A DNA stretch of 64,000 nucleotides, taken from the NCBI GenBank assembly GCA_047495785.1, contig JBLDXI010000015.1, forward strand, positions 2,480,001 through 2,544,000, written 5' to 3'. The first letter of the stretch is position 1. The number at the start of each line of letters is the position of its first letter. The position numbers and the translations under genes are program-made. The DNA comes from Lepidodermella squamata. Lineage: Eukaryota; Animalia; Gastrotricha. Positions 37,613 through 48,903 of the stretch are shown here, piece after piece. Under the pieces are notes generated by a model. The model did no database searches. It saw only the letters and a program-made list of their open reading frames with translations, and was not told the DNA's origin.

Positions 37613-40271
37613 TCAAGGCTTTGCGCCGACTTCCTGCCACGGCGGTAGGCCGTAGTTTGCGATGAACTGCCTCATTTTATCGTCGATACCCAGATTCGAA
37701 AGCCAATGCGAAGGCATTATCTCTCCTCTAAGCGCCGCTTCCTCCTTCAAACGTTGCTCGAACGCTTTCAAATCTGACCAAAATTGGTAGGTTGCGAGGT
37801 TGATGTCCATGAACCATGGCGCCATTCTGGCTCGTTGTATCACCCCGCGACGCCGCTGGGTCGACAAACTCAGCATTTCACGCACCAGGGTCCGCGCCGG
37901 TTGAGTGATATCTGCGCTCCAACGGTGGGGCGAAAATAGGTATTCGTCGTTGGAAACTTGTTTGATGATATCACCCTTTGTGTTGTATGGGAAAATACCA
38001 GTGAGGAAGATGTAGATAACTACTCCGGCTGACCACGTGTCGACAGTTAGGTCAAAGGCGGCTCTTTCACCCGGGCGCACTACGGCCTCTGGTGGGACGT
38101 AGTTCGGGGTACCAATTTGCGATCCACCTTGATAAACCGAGCCGTCATTCAAAACTGGAGTCAAATGTCAAATTATTTAACAAATTACACAAATTGAAAC
38201 TAATAATTCAGCTTACTTTTTGAGTAACCGAAATCGCATAATTTGATCTGAAAAAAGTAGGCAGTCACGATTTCCGCCACAAAAATTGAGGGTTCAGTAT
38301 TTAGTTCAGTCCCGGCAATGTCCAGCTTGCAGAGAAGAGAAGGCGTAGATCTCGAAAAAATCCCACCGCCCCCCCCCCCCCCCCTCTACATCTCTCTCTC
38401 TCTCTCTCCCTTATCGCGATCCCTCAGCTGGAGAGTTCCACGCCCGAAAAACCACAGGGTGTCCCTTAGGCAGGCCTTGTCAATCGTGGCGATTTACCCC
38501 AAATTTTCAATTTTTAAAATGACAGCAGCCGCCCAGATTTCAGCCGAACGATTTCATGAAAATGTGTGGAGTAGTACTTTAAATGACGGGGAATCGTCAC
38601 TCCGAGGCATGACTGAGCCACAAAATCGAAAATTAAATATTGCGTATCGAATGGACTTGACCCCGTTTACCAGCCCTACCCTTGGGTCCGGAAATCCATG
38701 ACTAGATCGACGATCCTACTTCGCACATGGATTCACTGTAAAAAATCTCTGGCTATATGGCAGTTGGTATTTAGCCACTTTGGGTATTTACTGTTTCACA
38801 ATTTCGAATAAAATAGGATAAATAGCCAAATATATTTAACTTTGAGAGGAATCCAATTAATGTTCCATATTTTGCTTTAATGATAATTACAGGATGAAAT
38901 ATACTCATTTAATATGGAACTGCGATAGCGATGTTTTTGGCCCAAGAGTGAGAAAAAAAAGTTGCGCAAAACAGCAACCTTGCTCATTTTCAAATACAAT
39001 TTTTTGGTTAATTACCCAAACTAACTTCATTTGGCTAAATAGTCCGCGTAAAATAATTTGAAGGGCTAAATAGGAGGTTCTATGGGGGTTTTTTATCCAA
39101 ACAATTATATGGGCTCGAGTGGCTAATTAGCGGATATATAGCCAGAGATTTTTTACAGTGTTAAGAATTACCTGCGCAAATGGATGATTTGTAACCAGCA
39201 ATATGTTTTCTGGCTGAAATGAATACATTAATAATTGCAAGTTCTTTCGTGCTCTAAATTGGAAACCTTAAGGTCACAATGAGCCACATTTTTATTCTGG
39301 AGGTAAGACAAGGCGCAAATCATTTGATACGCGTAAAATTTGGCCATTCGCTCGTCCAATTTCCTATTCGGTTGCGACAAAATAAGATTCAGCATGCTAT
39401 AGAATAAATTACAATATTAAAAGCATTTATCAAATAAATGACACAATTTACTCGCCACCATGAAGCCTCTCCGAAACGATATAAAACTTATCGACAGCTG
39501 TGTGAAGCCCGAAAACCCGGATAATACCAGGGTGTTCTAATTCCAGCGTTATTTTCGCCTCGCCGATGACCTGTTTCGCCCGAATTCGCACCTGGTCGAT
39601 AGCTTTAATCGCTACTTCAATACCATTCGACCGACTGCGGGCTGAATACACGACGCCAAATTGGCCGAAGCCCAACACGGTATCGTCCAACTGGTATAAA
39701 TCGTGTAGGTTGAAATTTGGATCCTTCGCCAGTGGCTGAATACAGAATTGGCGGATGTGTTCCATCCAATTGATGGACAGCTCATTTTCTGGGACGGTGG
39801 AGTTATCGCCAACGTAGTAAACAGCACCTGTTAGTCTTATGACGAAAACATGACGCCAACCAGTTTCGGTTTCTTGATCGACGTAAATAATCCGATCGAT
39901 CTATTAAAGGAAACAAATGAATCAGGCATAGGGTGAAATATTGAAATTTTTGGATTATATGAAAAATGAACGTTCAAATTAATTTGCTATCAATTTACCG
40001 GAATTTCCTCAAACGGAGGGCTATTAGGATCCTCAGATGTGTAAATGGAAATCGCTCGATAACTGAGGCGCCAGAATGCCAAAACAGGCTGTTGATTTCG
40101 AATCTTGCTGTATTTTACCCAGCTGCATAAAATGGTATCGGCAAGGTATTGGTTGAACGGTTGCATTAACTGAGCTCTCAACAATTGGTGGTACGGCTGT
40201 AGGGGAATGTCCTCGCCATAGGAGGGAAATCTCGCCCCTGCGGGTGTTTGATCGAACACGCCTGTCTCCAT
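37613..40271 (-). CDS. Protein kinase D-like kinase (PH + kinase), paralogue D
   Basis: Same exon structure and motifs as paralogue B (VLGFGQFG, AHCDLK, DFGYS, GTPNYVPPE); a large intron carries insertions. Confidence 0.8.
38734..39160. mobile_element. CACTA/EnSpm-like MITE (CACTG termini, 2-bp TT TSD) in the PKD-D intron
   Basis: 25-bp perfect TIR CACTGTAAAAAATCTCTGGCTATAT / ATATAGCCAGAGATTTTTTACAGTG, flanked by TT on both sides. Confidence 0.8.
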
Positions 40272-40788
40272 CGAAGCCTTTGAGATGAAAACTGTTAGAT
40301 ATATGCCCACTGCCTGGTGCCTTGAGTAATGGGCACACGACAATTTTTTTTGTGAGCAGCTTTTGAATAAGAAAGTTAAATCTTAGTTCAGCTAAGAAGC
40401 CTGCACGAATAGCTCAAGCTTTTATTTCACTTATAAACACTATATTCGTCATGCGTGAGTCATGCTACTGTTGCGAAAGCGGATGCAGAGTTTTTGAATT
40501 TCGCGGAAAAAAAATTCATTTTCATTTACTGAAAATTTTAAGTCCTCCACTTATTTGATTATCAGAGATCAGAAGTGCAGCAAATTGTTTTGTTCGCAAA
40601 ATAACCTTTTACAGCCTCCGACGAAATAATTGCCTATTCACAGTAAACACGCTGTGGTTTCTCATGGGCCACCAAGTCTCGTGACTGTAGGCTCATTTTT
40701 AGTGTGAATTACGCACTGTTTCCAAGAAAGCAAACCGCATTATTGACAATTTTCATTTTATTTACCTCCTTAAATCAATTCAATGTCC

Positions 40789-42123
40789 TCAATGTCCAGA
40801 CAGTATAAGAATCGATATGGTCGTACTAGTTGATAGCATAACAGCAAGAAAAACCGTGAAAAACACCATGTCGTAAAACCTGACCCGAGTGACATCCAAC
40901 GTAATGCATTTAAACATCTTGATCCTGATTAGCTCATTCGCAGCTTTGCTCTGGGCGTACGCACATGATAAGAGTGAATAAACAGTCGAACCCAGTCCAA
41001 GAGTTAACTGAATCGTAATGACTAATAACAGAAGAACAGTCTCCGATGTCTCCGGAATGCTTGAGTGAATCAATTGTTGCATTAACATGAAGGCCATTAG
41101 AATCGTAGCGCAGTAGATTGGCCTATTGGACTCTCCACTAGGCATGCCAACAAAGGCGGCTTGCAGAACTCCAAGAGCAAAGCATGGAAGTATGATTCCA
41201 GTCACATACGTATCCGTCTTCCGCTTCAGGCCGAAAGTAAAAATTGTCCTGCAGTACGTTTTGTTCGGGAGGGAGTAATATGTCATAGACCGTATGCGGG
41301 ACCAATTTCCGTTGAGAAGCCATCGCGATGAGTCCGAAATTAGTTCTTCAGGGTAAATGTAAATGTCATTCCGATAAGAGTCGACCAACCGCTGAAAAAT
41401 GTCGATTTTTCAAGCAGATTAAGAAAGAATTCTTAAATTACTTGATCAAGAAGAAATTCAAACATTATGTGACACTTTTGTTCATCGAACGGGAAATGGC
41501 GCAGATTCAGATCACCTTGATTTGAGAGAGAAATGAATCCCTTTGGAAGCAATGAGTCAAATTTTCCTTACAGTGAGTTTCGTACTTGATGACAGTTGTC
41601 CATTTGACTTTGCCATCGGGTAAGATATAAACATAACTGTAAGCTGCCATCCTGTTAGGAATAAGGTAGGAATTTCAACAGAATGCAAGCGATTTTCAAG
41701 TGTTTACTCCTCGCTAAGCATGATGTAAATTCCAGCCGAATTAACGATCATCACCGGGGCTCGCCAAACATTACTAGCAGATTCTGCAACCTGATCAACC
41801 ACAGCGAATGCTGGATTGCTTTCCCACACTCTTCGAACGCAATCAATCGTCCAGTACATACTCATTCGTCCGATAAGAGATAGCTTTTCCTTCATCTCGT
41901 CGAGTTCAATGAATCTCAAGGGCGTGAATGAGAGTTGAACTATAAGTTTTTCCCGATAGTCTTTTACAGGTCTCGTTGTGGAGGAGAGGTGGCATTGGGC
42001 GAATAACTGTTCCCGAACTAACTCTTCTTGTGAAAGGGTCGGAGATATGTCTGGTGAATGTTGAGATTTCATGATAGGAACTGTAAGAATCAGGTGAAAA
42101 TAGAAAATACGATCCATATGCAT
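40789..42123 (-). CDS. Divergent Cys-loop (nAChR-related) ligand-gated ion channel subunit, copy 1
   Basis: Four exons. Motifs TTRPV...LDEMKE.L, VWRAP, spliced Cys-loop CDLNLRHFPFDEQKC, LKRK and four TM helices. No vicinal Cys-Cys. Confidence 0.8.
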
Positions 42124-42952
42124 TTTCCAATTCTGAGACAATTATATGATGTCTTTTTCTTCGTTCTGTTTTCTTGGACAAAATCCTTATTTGCTCACTT
42201 TTCAAGTTTGCCAGAGGGAAATATTTGAAAATTTTGGAATGCATTTAAGTATGGTGATGTCATAGATGTTTTGTCCTGTCAGTAATTGCTCAATCGATTT
42301 GTGAGTCTGAGTAGATGCAGTGATTCAAAGGAATTGAGGAGAAATTACGTGATGGTGTGGCGATCGAAGCTTTTTTTACGGTAAATATAGGATTGGATTT
42401 TTATTGCTGCCTGCTACTCGCTGAGTTTCAATTCAAGCAGAGCCGAAATGTATCGATTTCACAAATCAGTTATCTTTCCGATATCAAGCGCCTTGAAATC
42501 CAATATCGACTTCCTACAGGTAGCCATCGAAATCTCAAAGATTGGAGATAAACTTGTTGTATGGTGAAACATAACCAAAAAGCCACAGCCTTAGTTTTCA
42601 CAGTTTAGTGATCCGATGAAATCCCTATACACAACTGAATGCTTGTCGAACCTGTAAAAATATGCTAAAAATTGCGACATTCTGCGTCCGAGCAATCAAA
42701 TATTACTACCCAATTCACATCAATTTTTCCTTGCTTTATCAATGAGCTGGGCTCTAAATCCGGTTTTCAGTCGAACAACGTTGGACGAAGCGAGCTTTAT
42801 AGCTATTTTTGAAGATGTTTTCTGAAAGAGCGACCAAAGGAGTGAATTGAATCGCCGCAACTTTGCAGTTGAATGAAAATCATCTGGCTCGGCGACCCAC
42901 GGAAAAAAGGTCTCGTGTTCGCCCAAAATTATCCGCTAATTTTCCATAGTTA

Positions 42953-44306
42953 CCGTAATTTGGGGTGATTTTGGTTAGTGGGTGACATTAGCATTTAGCA
43001 TACGTTTTTGCGATCGACTTTCAATCAATAAAATCTTCGCAAATTGACTAGCTAACCCCGTCAATATGTATTAATAGTTCCCCAGGGGAGGCCTGTTTCG
43101 AGAAGATCACATAACAAGCCGAGGCGCAGTTATGTTATCATCGAGAAACAGGCCGGACCGTGGGAGATATTTTACATATTGCCCGAAGGAGACAGCTATC
43201 ACCGTTCTCGAGAAACAGGGGTTTGAGTGCGTCAAAATCCACATAGTTCACATAATTCGCTGCATATTAAAAAACCGAGGGGACGAATTTGTAAACAATA
43301 AAAAATCCATTTTAATTATGAAAGCTAGATGATTTCGCATTAATAAACTCTGAATCTGAGGTTTCTGAATTGAAACGCATTTAGACGATGAAAAAGCCGG
43401 GCCAATTTCTGAGTTAGCAAATTGCTGATGACACGTTCAGCAGCTGCACATGTGATTCTCGTGCATGCAGTAGTGGGAAAATAGGCCTTGAAAAAATTGA
43501 AATTATTGAAACTCGTCTCCGCATTCGTTGCACTCGGCTGCGCCTCGTTTCACTCATGCTTCGACTCGTTTCAAGTTTTGATCTGACAGATTTCATTTTG
43601 TTTCTGGCCGGTTTTACCCGCCTGTGACAGTGTAAGGCAGTTGCTGGTCACGTTTATTTAGCGGAATGAAGAAACTAGTTGTCGTTCATTCATCTCGCTT
43701 CGCTCGACTTAATTAATTAAGAATTAATTGTTGCTTTCTCGCTTTGCTCGGTGCCTCGCTACGCTCGTCCCAAAATCCTTGCCCCGTAATGCTCGCTTTT
43801 ACGGCGAGGCAAGGATTTTGGATCATATGGCTCGCTTCGCTCGCATTTTAAAAAATCCGCCTTAAACTGTCAATATGTGAAGTTTTCCCCTGGGGGAATT
43901 ATGTAACATAATTGAAATATGTGAGCTGTCCCCTAGGGTAATATGGATGTCGGCGGAAAGCCAGTAACGAGTAGAAACAGGTAGTGCAGTCAACGCAACT
44001 ATCAGGTACAAGGATGAATTGTAGTGGACAGGTAACGGTGGTCAAAGTCACCCGAAACACATTTTAGATGCTGATGGGGTGACGTTGTGCCACTCAACTA
44101 TCGAAGCCGATAACATAAAGACCCCATGAGTGGGATACCGTTGGATAGCCTGTAAAAAGAGTGGTTCGAAAATGACATTCGATATCGATTTCGATCGGAT
44201 GGATTCCTTTGGTTAGTCACACAAATTCTCCTGGAAATCGGACTTTTTAAAATTCCCCTTACTTTACCTGTCATATTTGAGGTGCCAAAGTCACCCCAAA
44301 TTACGG
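42953..44306. mobile_element. Tc1/pogo-like non-autonomous element (TA TSD) containing a nested element
   Basis: TIR CCGTAATTTGGGGTGATTTTGG / CCAAAGTCACCCCAAAATTACGG, flanked by TA. Confidence 0.7.
43074..43900. mobile_element. Nested non-autonomous element with short IRs and CTCGCTTCGCTCG repeats (possibly Crypton-like)
   Basis: Inverted ends TTCCCCAGGGGA / TCCCCTGGGGGAA; internal GCCGAGGCGCAG, CTCGGCTGCGCCTCG and repeated CTCGCTTCGCTCG. The family assignment is tentative. Confidence 0.45.
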
Positions 44307-45363
44307 TAGTCAACGCGTTTGAAATTTTGAAAACGTTTGAATTTTTAAAATCGCAGGAAAATTGGCAACCTTCCAGCAAGCATGCAAGAAACTTTCTGTG
44401 GAGTTTTCGAACAAACTTTTCAGTCTTTGCCTCTAACGGATTTCGCTGCCGATAATTGCAGACGTAAGTTGCATTGATTAAACATTAAAACTGTCACATC
44501 TAATATTTTATATCTGATCCAAAAAGCAGTAAGTCCGTTAGAGAGTCATCGACAATTTAAAATCTTGAAACTGTCTATAGCCTTCCCATACAATTAATGG
44601 TTCTCTGATTCTTTGAATTTTTGAAAATTAGCAGCCGTTGACAGACAAAAATCGATATTGCAGGCACTTGCTAGTAATATTCACTCGCTCAATCAAAGAG
44701 TTGAATTTCTTAATTATTCATTGAGCGTCAATCAAACACACACGCAGAAATTAACCACAACCGCAAATTTCATTGATGACGCTTGTCGTGTGAGAAGATA
44801 CAAACAGCAGCCGCCGGTCAACGACTGAGCTGCTGCTGCAAATGGAAAGCCGCCGCCGCCTGCCTTCCCCTTTATCAGTCTAGGCCTTGCGCACGCGTGT
44901 TACTTAGTTTTAGATATCACACACGACCTTTCTGCAGCCATTTTACCTAACAAAGCGCACTGCTATAGTGATAATAATAATAATAATAATACGGCCTTTA
45001 CATCAGGCCATTCATAATACAGTTATTTACTACAAATACAACCCAACTGATATATAAGCGTTTGCATACATATACAACACATTTATTATTGACAAAGATA
45101 CACGACGCAGTCGTGACGAGTATGAAAATAGTGCCTATTCACGTTATATTTTGCTTTAATTCACTCGATTCTGACATTACTCAAATGCGCTTTGTCATAG
45201 GTGTTTTCAATCTCATAATGCCGGCCGGGTAAAAACTAAAAAAATTGCCGGAAAAAAACTAAAATTTGTCCTTGTCCGAAAATAGGGTATATTTGCTTTT
45301 ACCCCTTTATCTCAAATTTTATCATTGTTTTCTTCATTTTTGTCGAGGCTAGTTTAAAAAGAT

Positions 45364-45691
45364 CACTAGGAAAAAAACTAGGTTTATTAGCTGATTTGTA
45401 GCTCGGAGCCAAAACTGAGTCGTCAATTTACATGCAAAAACACAGCTAATTAGAGGGACATAGGAGGGTTTATTAGCCTATCCCAGCTATGACCCGAGCT
45501 AATTAGCTTGTCTTTCATTGTGAGACAAAATAAAGCAGTTTTAAGACAATGAAAATCTAGCTTATTAGCTAGCCAAGGCTAATAAACCCTCCTATGTCCC
45601 TCTAATTAGCTGTGTTTTTGCATGTAAATTGACGACTCAGTTTTGGCTCCGAGCTACAAATCAGCTAATAAACCTAGTTTTTTTCCTAGTG
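45364..45691. mobile_element. CACTA-type MITE with 116-bp perfect TIRs and 2-bp AT TSD
   Basis: 45364-45479 reads as the exact reverse complement of 45576-45691; it begins CACTAGG and is flanked by AT on both sides. Confidence 0.9.
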
Positions 45692-45768
45692 ATTGCATTA
45701 TCGCTTTTAAGGTGGATTTTTTCGTATTTTTATTTTTATAGAATTTTTTTCCGTAAAATTGACTGAAA

Positions 45769-48383
45769 ATGTCTCTCCTACTCGGCAGCGCTTTTCCTAA
45801 CGTCGACGTCGAAACAACTCAGGGTAACTTCAAGCTGCACGACTACCAGGGCGATTCATGGCTGATTTTCTTCACCCACCCCGCCGACTACACGCCAGTG
45901 TGCACGACCGAACTCGGCCGAGCTGTTAACCTGCTCGAAGAATTCACGAAACGAAACGTCAAACTGATCGCGTTGTCGTGCGACAGCGTCGAGGACCACA
46001 AGGGCTGGTCGGGTGATATTATGGCTTTTTGCTCGAAGCCGGGCCAGCCGCTGCCGTATCCAATTATTGCCGACCCACATCGTGACCTGGCGCTGCGTTT
46101 TGGCATGCTTGACCCAATTGCGAAGGACAAGCAGGGCATGCCGCTGACGTGCCGAGCGGTTTTTATTGTTGACCCTAGCAAAACTATGCGTCTGTCTATC
46201 TTATATCCGGCTTCGGTTGGCCGCAATTTCGAGTAAGAATTTATTGAAATGTTGATAATTTCATGCGAATAACGAAAAAGTGTTTATTTCAACGGATTCG
46301 AAAATTCAAAAATATTTGCAATTTTAAAAATAGGTGCACACATTTTCCTATAATGTTATAATGACATCTCGAATAATTTAAAAAATTTCAAAGTTAAATG
46401 ATCAAAAAAGGTGGATCTGACTACTTCCACTATTAAAATTGAGGTTCCAGCCTTCATCATTTATTTTATTTTGCGCAATCTATATCACTTTATTTTCCCG
46501 ATTTTATGCGATTGCGGCTTTTTCTTTTCTTGATCTTGATCGATATAATCCTGAGATTTTTTTCGATATTCGCTTCTTAGACTTCTAATATTGGAAAAAT
46601 CACTGATTTGTAAAATCGATTATTAGAATTAGAAAAGGGATATTTTTAGGAATTTACTGCTGAGCTTCAAATTTGGCGCTGTAGCACCGAAATTTTGCTC
46701 GAAATTAAAAATTATTAACTATTCTTATTTGTTAAATCAATGCGGTGACATGTCTATAATTTTCAATTTTTTTTGGGTGTGCCAACTGCACCTACCTAAA
46801 TAAAGACTCCAGCACTAAATTTAGAGCTCCAGCACTAAATTTGAAAGTTGCTCCCACTAATCCTATTTAAGACTAAATAAGCAACTCTAGCACTAAATAT
46901 ACAAAGCCACCACCTAATTCATAGATAGGAATGCAATCATATCGCACCAGTGAGGCCGCTGGATAGCAGTTACTTCGAGGATCCGCCAATCGACCTGGGC
47001 CCTATTCCCTATATCCTATAACCTATCCCCAACAAATTTGGTTGTAATGTTATTCCGCCGCTAAGCGCAAGCAGGGTCAGGCACCAATTTTGTAGGTCAA
47101 AGATCAAACGTTTGACAGGCCTATGCAAATAAGTCAGGGTGTTGAAATCTAAGTTACGTTGGGAGGGCCTCTTTCAGGAGAGAAGTATTAGTTTACCATA
47201 GCCATGGGCAAATAGCACCATTTTAGTCTTTGCTACCATAGCCGCTCGCCTGCGGAAACGAGACGTGGCAAATCATGGCAGTCCCATGTCTGTCCTATTC
47301 ATTTCAAAAGGTAAAAGCTGATTGTTACCATTATTACGCAACACCTAACCTTCAAGCAATGACTGCGATGATAGAGATTGTCCCGCCTCAATTAGCTCAA
47401 AAATGACTCTTGAAGCTACAAAAACCTATAGTGCCACCGAAATACCAAAAAGCCAATAGCGGCGGCGTTCGGATCAAAGTTGTTGGCTGTGAGCAAAAGA
47501 GTGCATCATAACGAGATGCCAACCTCAACGTCATGGCTCATTTGCATAATACGCATTATGTTTAAGTCGGCCACTCGAGCTAAAATTTCAAAATCTTCAT
47601 TTTTATCCAAAGTTGAATTTCTCAAAACGGATATCTCTGTTATTTACTAAACTTTGCATGCATACAGAACGCGAGCTGCTCTTTCGCGTGGTATGAGATT
47701 TGAGGTATAGGCAACCCAACCGTTGTTACGATACAAAAACCGCTTTTTTTACTATAGTTTCATTTATTTTGATGAGATCAAGACTGAGCGCAGCAATTGC
47801 CCTCCTCAAATCTTATACCACATGAAACAGCAGCTGGCGTTCTACATGCATGCAAAATTTGGTGAACAATGGAGAAGCACTCGATTTAATAATGCAGATC
47901 AAAATTTTAGCTTGAGGGCTTCTTCTGGTCACTTTTTTCTCTATGGAAATACGGTAAAACCCTAAGCATGCATCGTCTGAAGGCGCGTGGTCGAGAATGC
48001 CTGAGAGCCTCGCCTGGTCTTAACAGCAGTAATAGGTACTGAATGCTGATATTTAGTGCTGGAACCCATATTTAGGTGCCCAAATAATTTAGTGTGAGCT
48101 GTTTGCAAATTAGGTAAACGCACTCTCAAATTTAGTGCTGGAACCTCATTTTAGGTGGTGCACTTATTTAGACCCATTTTTTTTTTATTTTTTTAGTGAA
48201 ATTGTTCGAGTTATCGACGCTTTGCAGCTGAATGAAACGAAAAAAGTCGTCACACCGGTTGATTGGAAGCAAGGCCAGAAGGTCATCGTGCCGCCATCTG
48301 CCGACGCCTCAACCTACCCGAACCCGGTTGAAACCGTCACGCTGCCATCCGGCAAAGGCTATCTTCGCTTCACCACAGTATAA
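45769..48383 (+). CDS. PRDX6: Peroxiredoxin 6 (1-Cys peroxiredoxin)
   Basis: Motifs HPADYTPVCTTELG and ILYPASVGRNF|DEIVRVIDALQL...LPSGKGYLRFT. Intron 46233-48196 joins in phase. Confidence 0.95.
46787..48162. mobile_element. Non-autonomous element with imperfect ~38-bp TIRs in the Prx6 intron
   Basis: TGCACC...CTCCAGCACTAAATTT at 46787-46826 is inverted at 48125-48162. The CCAGCACTAAAT motif is repeated subterminally and also occurs near 8570-8592. Confidence 0.55.
47570..47919. mobile_element. Foldback MITE (~135-bp imperfect arms) nested in the Prx6 intron element
   Basis: TTGCATGCATACAGAACGCGAGCTGCT...GGTATGAGATTTGAGG versus inverted CCTCAAATCTTATACC...CAGCTGGCGTTCTACATGCATGCAA. Confidence 0.65.
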
Positions 48384-48903
48384 TTTCCCCAAATATTCGA
48401 AAAACTGACAAACGCAGCGGATGACATTAATTTCTTGCACATTGAAAAACTGCTTATTTCGGTGGATATGTTGTTATGTCATTGTTTCGCTTGGTGTTTT
48501 ATCCACCTATTGTTAAAATCTTATAAAGAAATTGTTCGGATAATCGCTTTAAAAAGCTGCTTAAAAGATATTTCATCTACAATAGCTTTAAACGCGTTGT
48601 TAAAACAACCTCAACTTCGATTTGTGGTAATAAAAAAATTCAATAATTAATGACTCATAATTTCTAATTTTTGCTTCGATGGAAGGTAAATAGTCGCGAT
48701 TTTCGTCATTTTTTATTTTTAAAAGAAAATTGCTTGCATATGAGATTTTTTCCATGTAAGAGTAGAATAATATTTCGAGTGATTCGATAATAATTCCGAA
48801 ACACGAGTCTATGGCAAGCATAAATATTTGATTCAGCGTTAAAAATCGATATTCATCGGAGTGCAAAGCCTCAGTCAACATTTCATTTTCATGTTCATGG
48901 ACC

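Noticed and set aside
44969-44991. (AAT)n microsatellite
   Set aside because: An ordinary simple repeat with no further structure.
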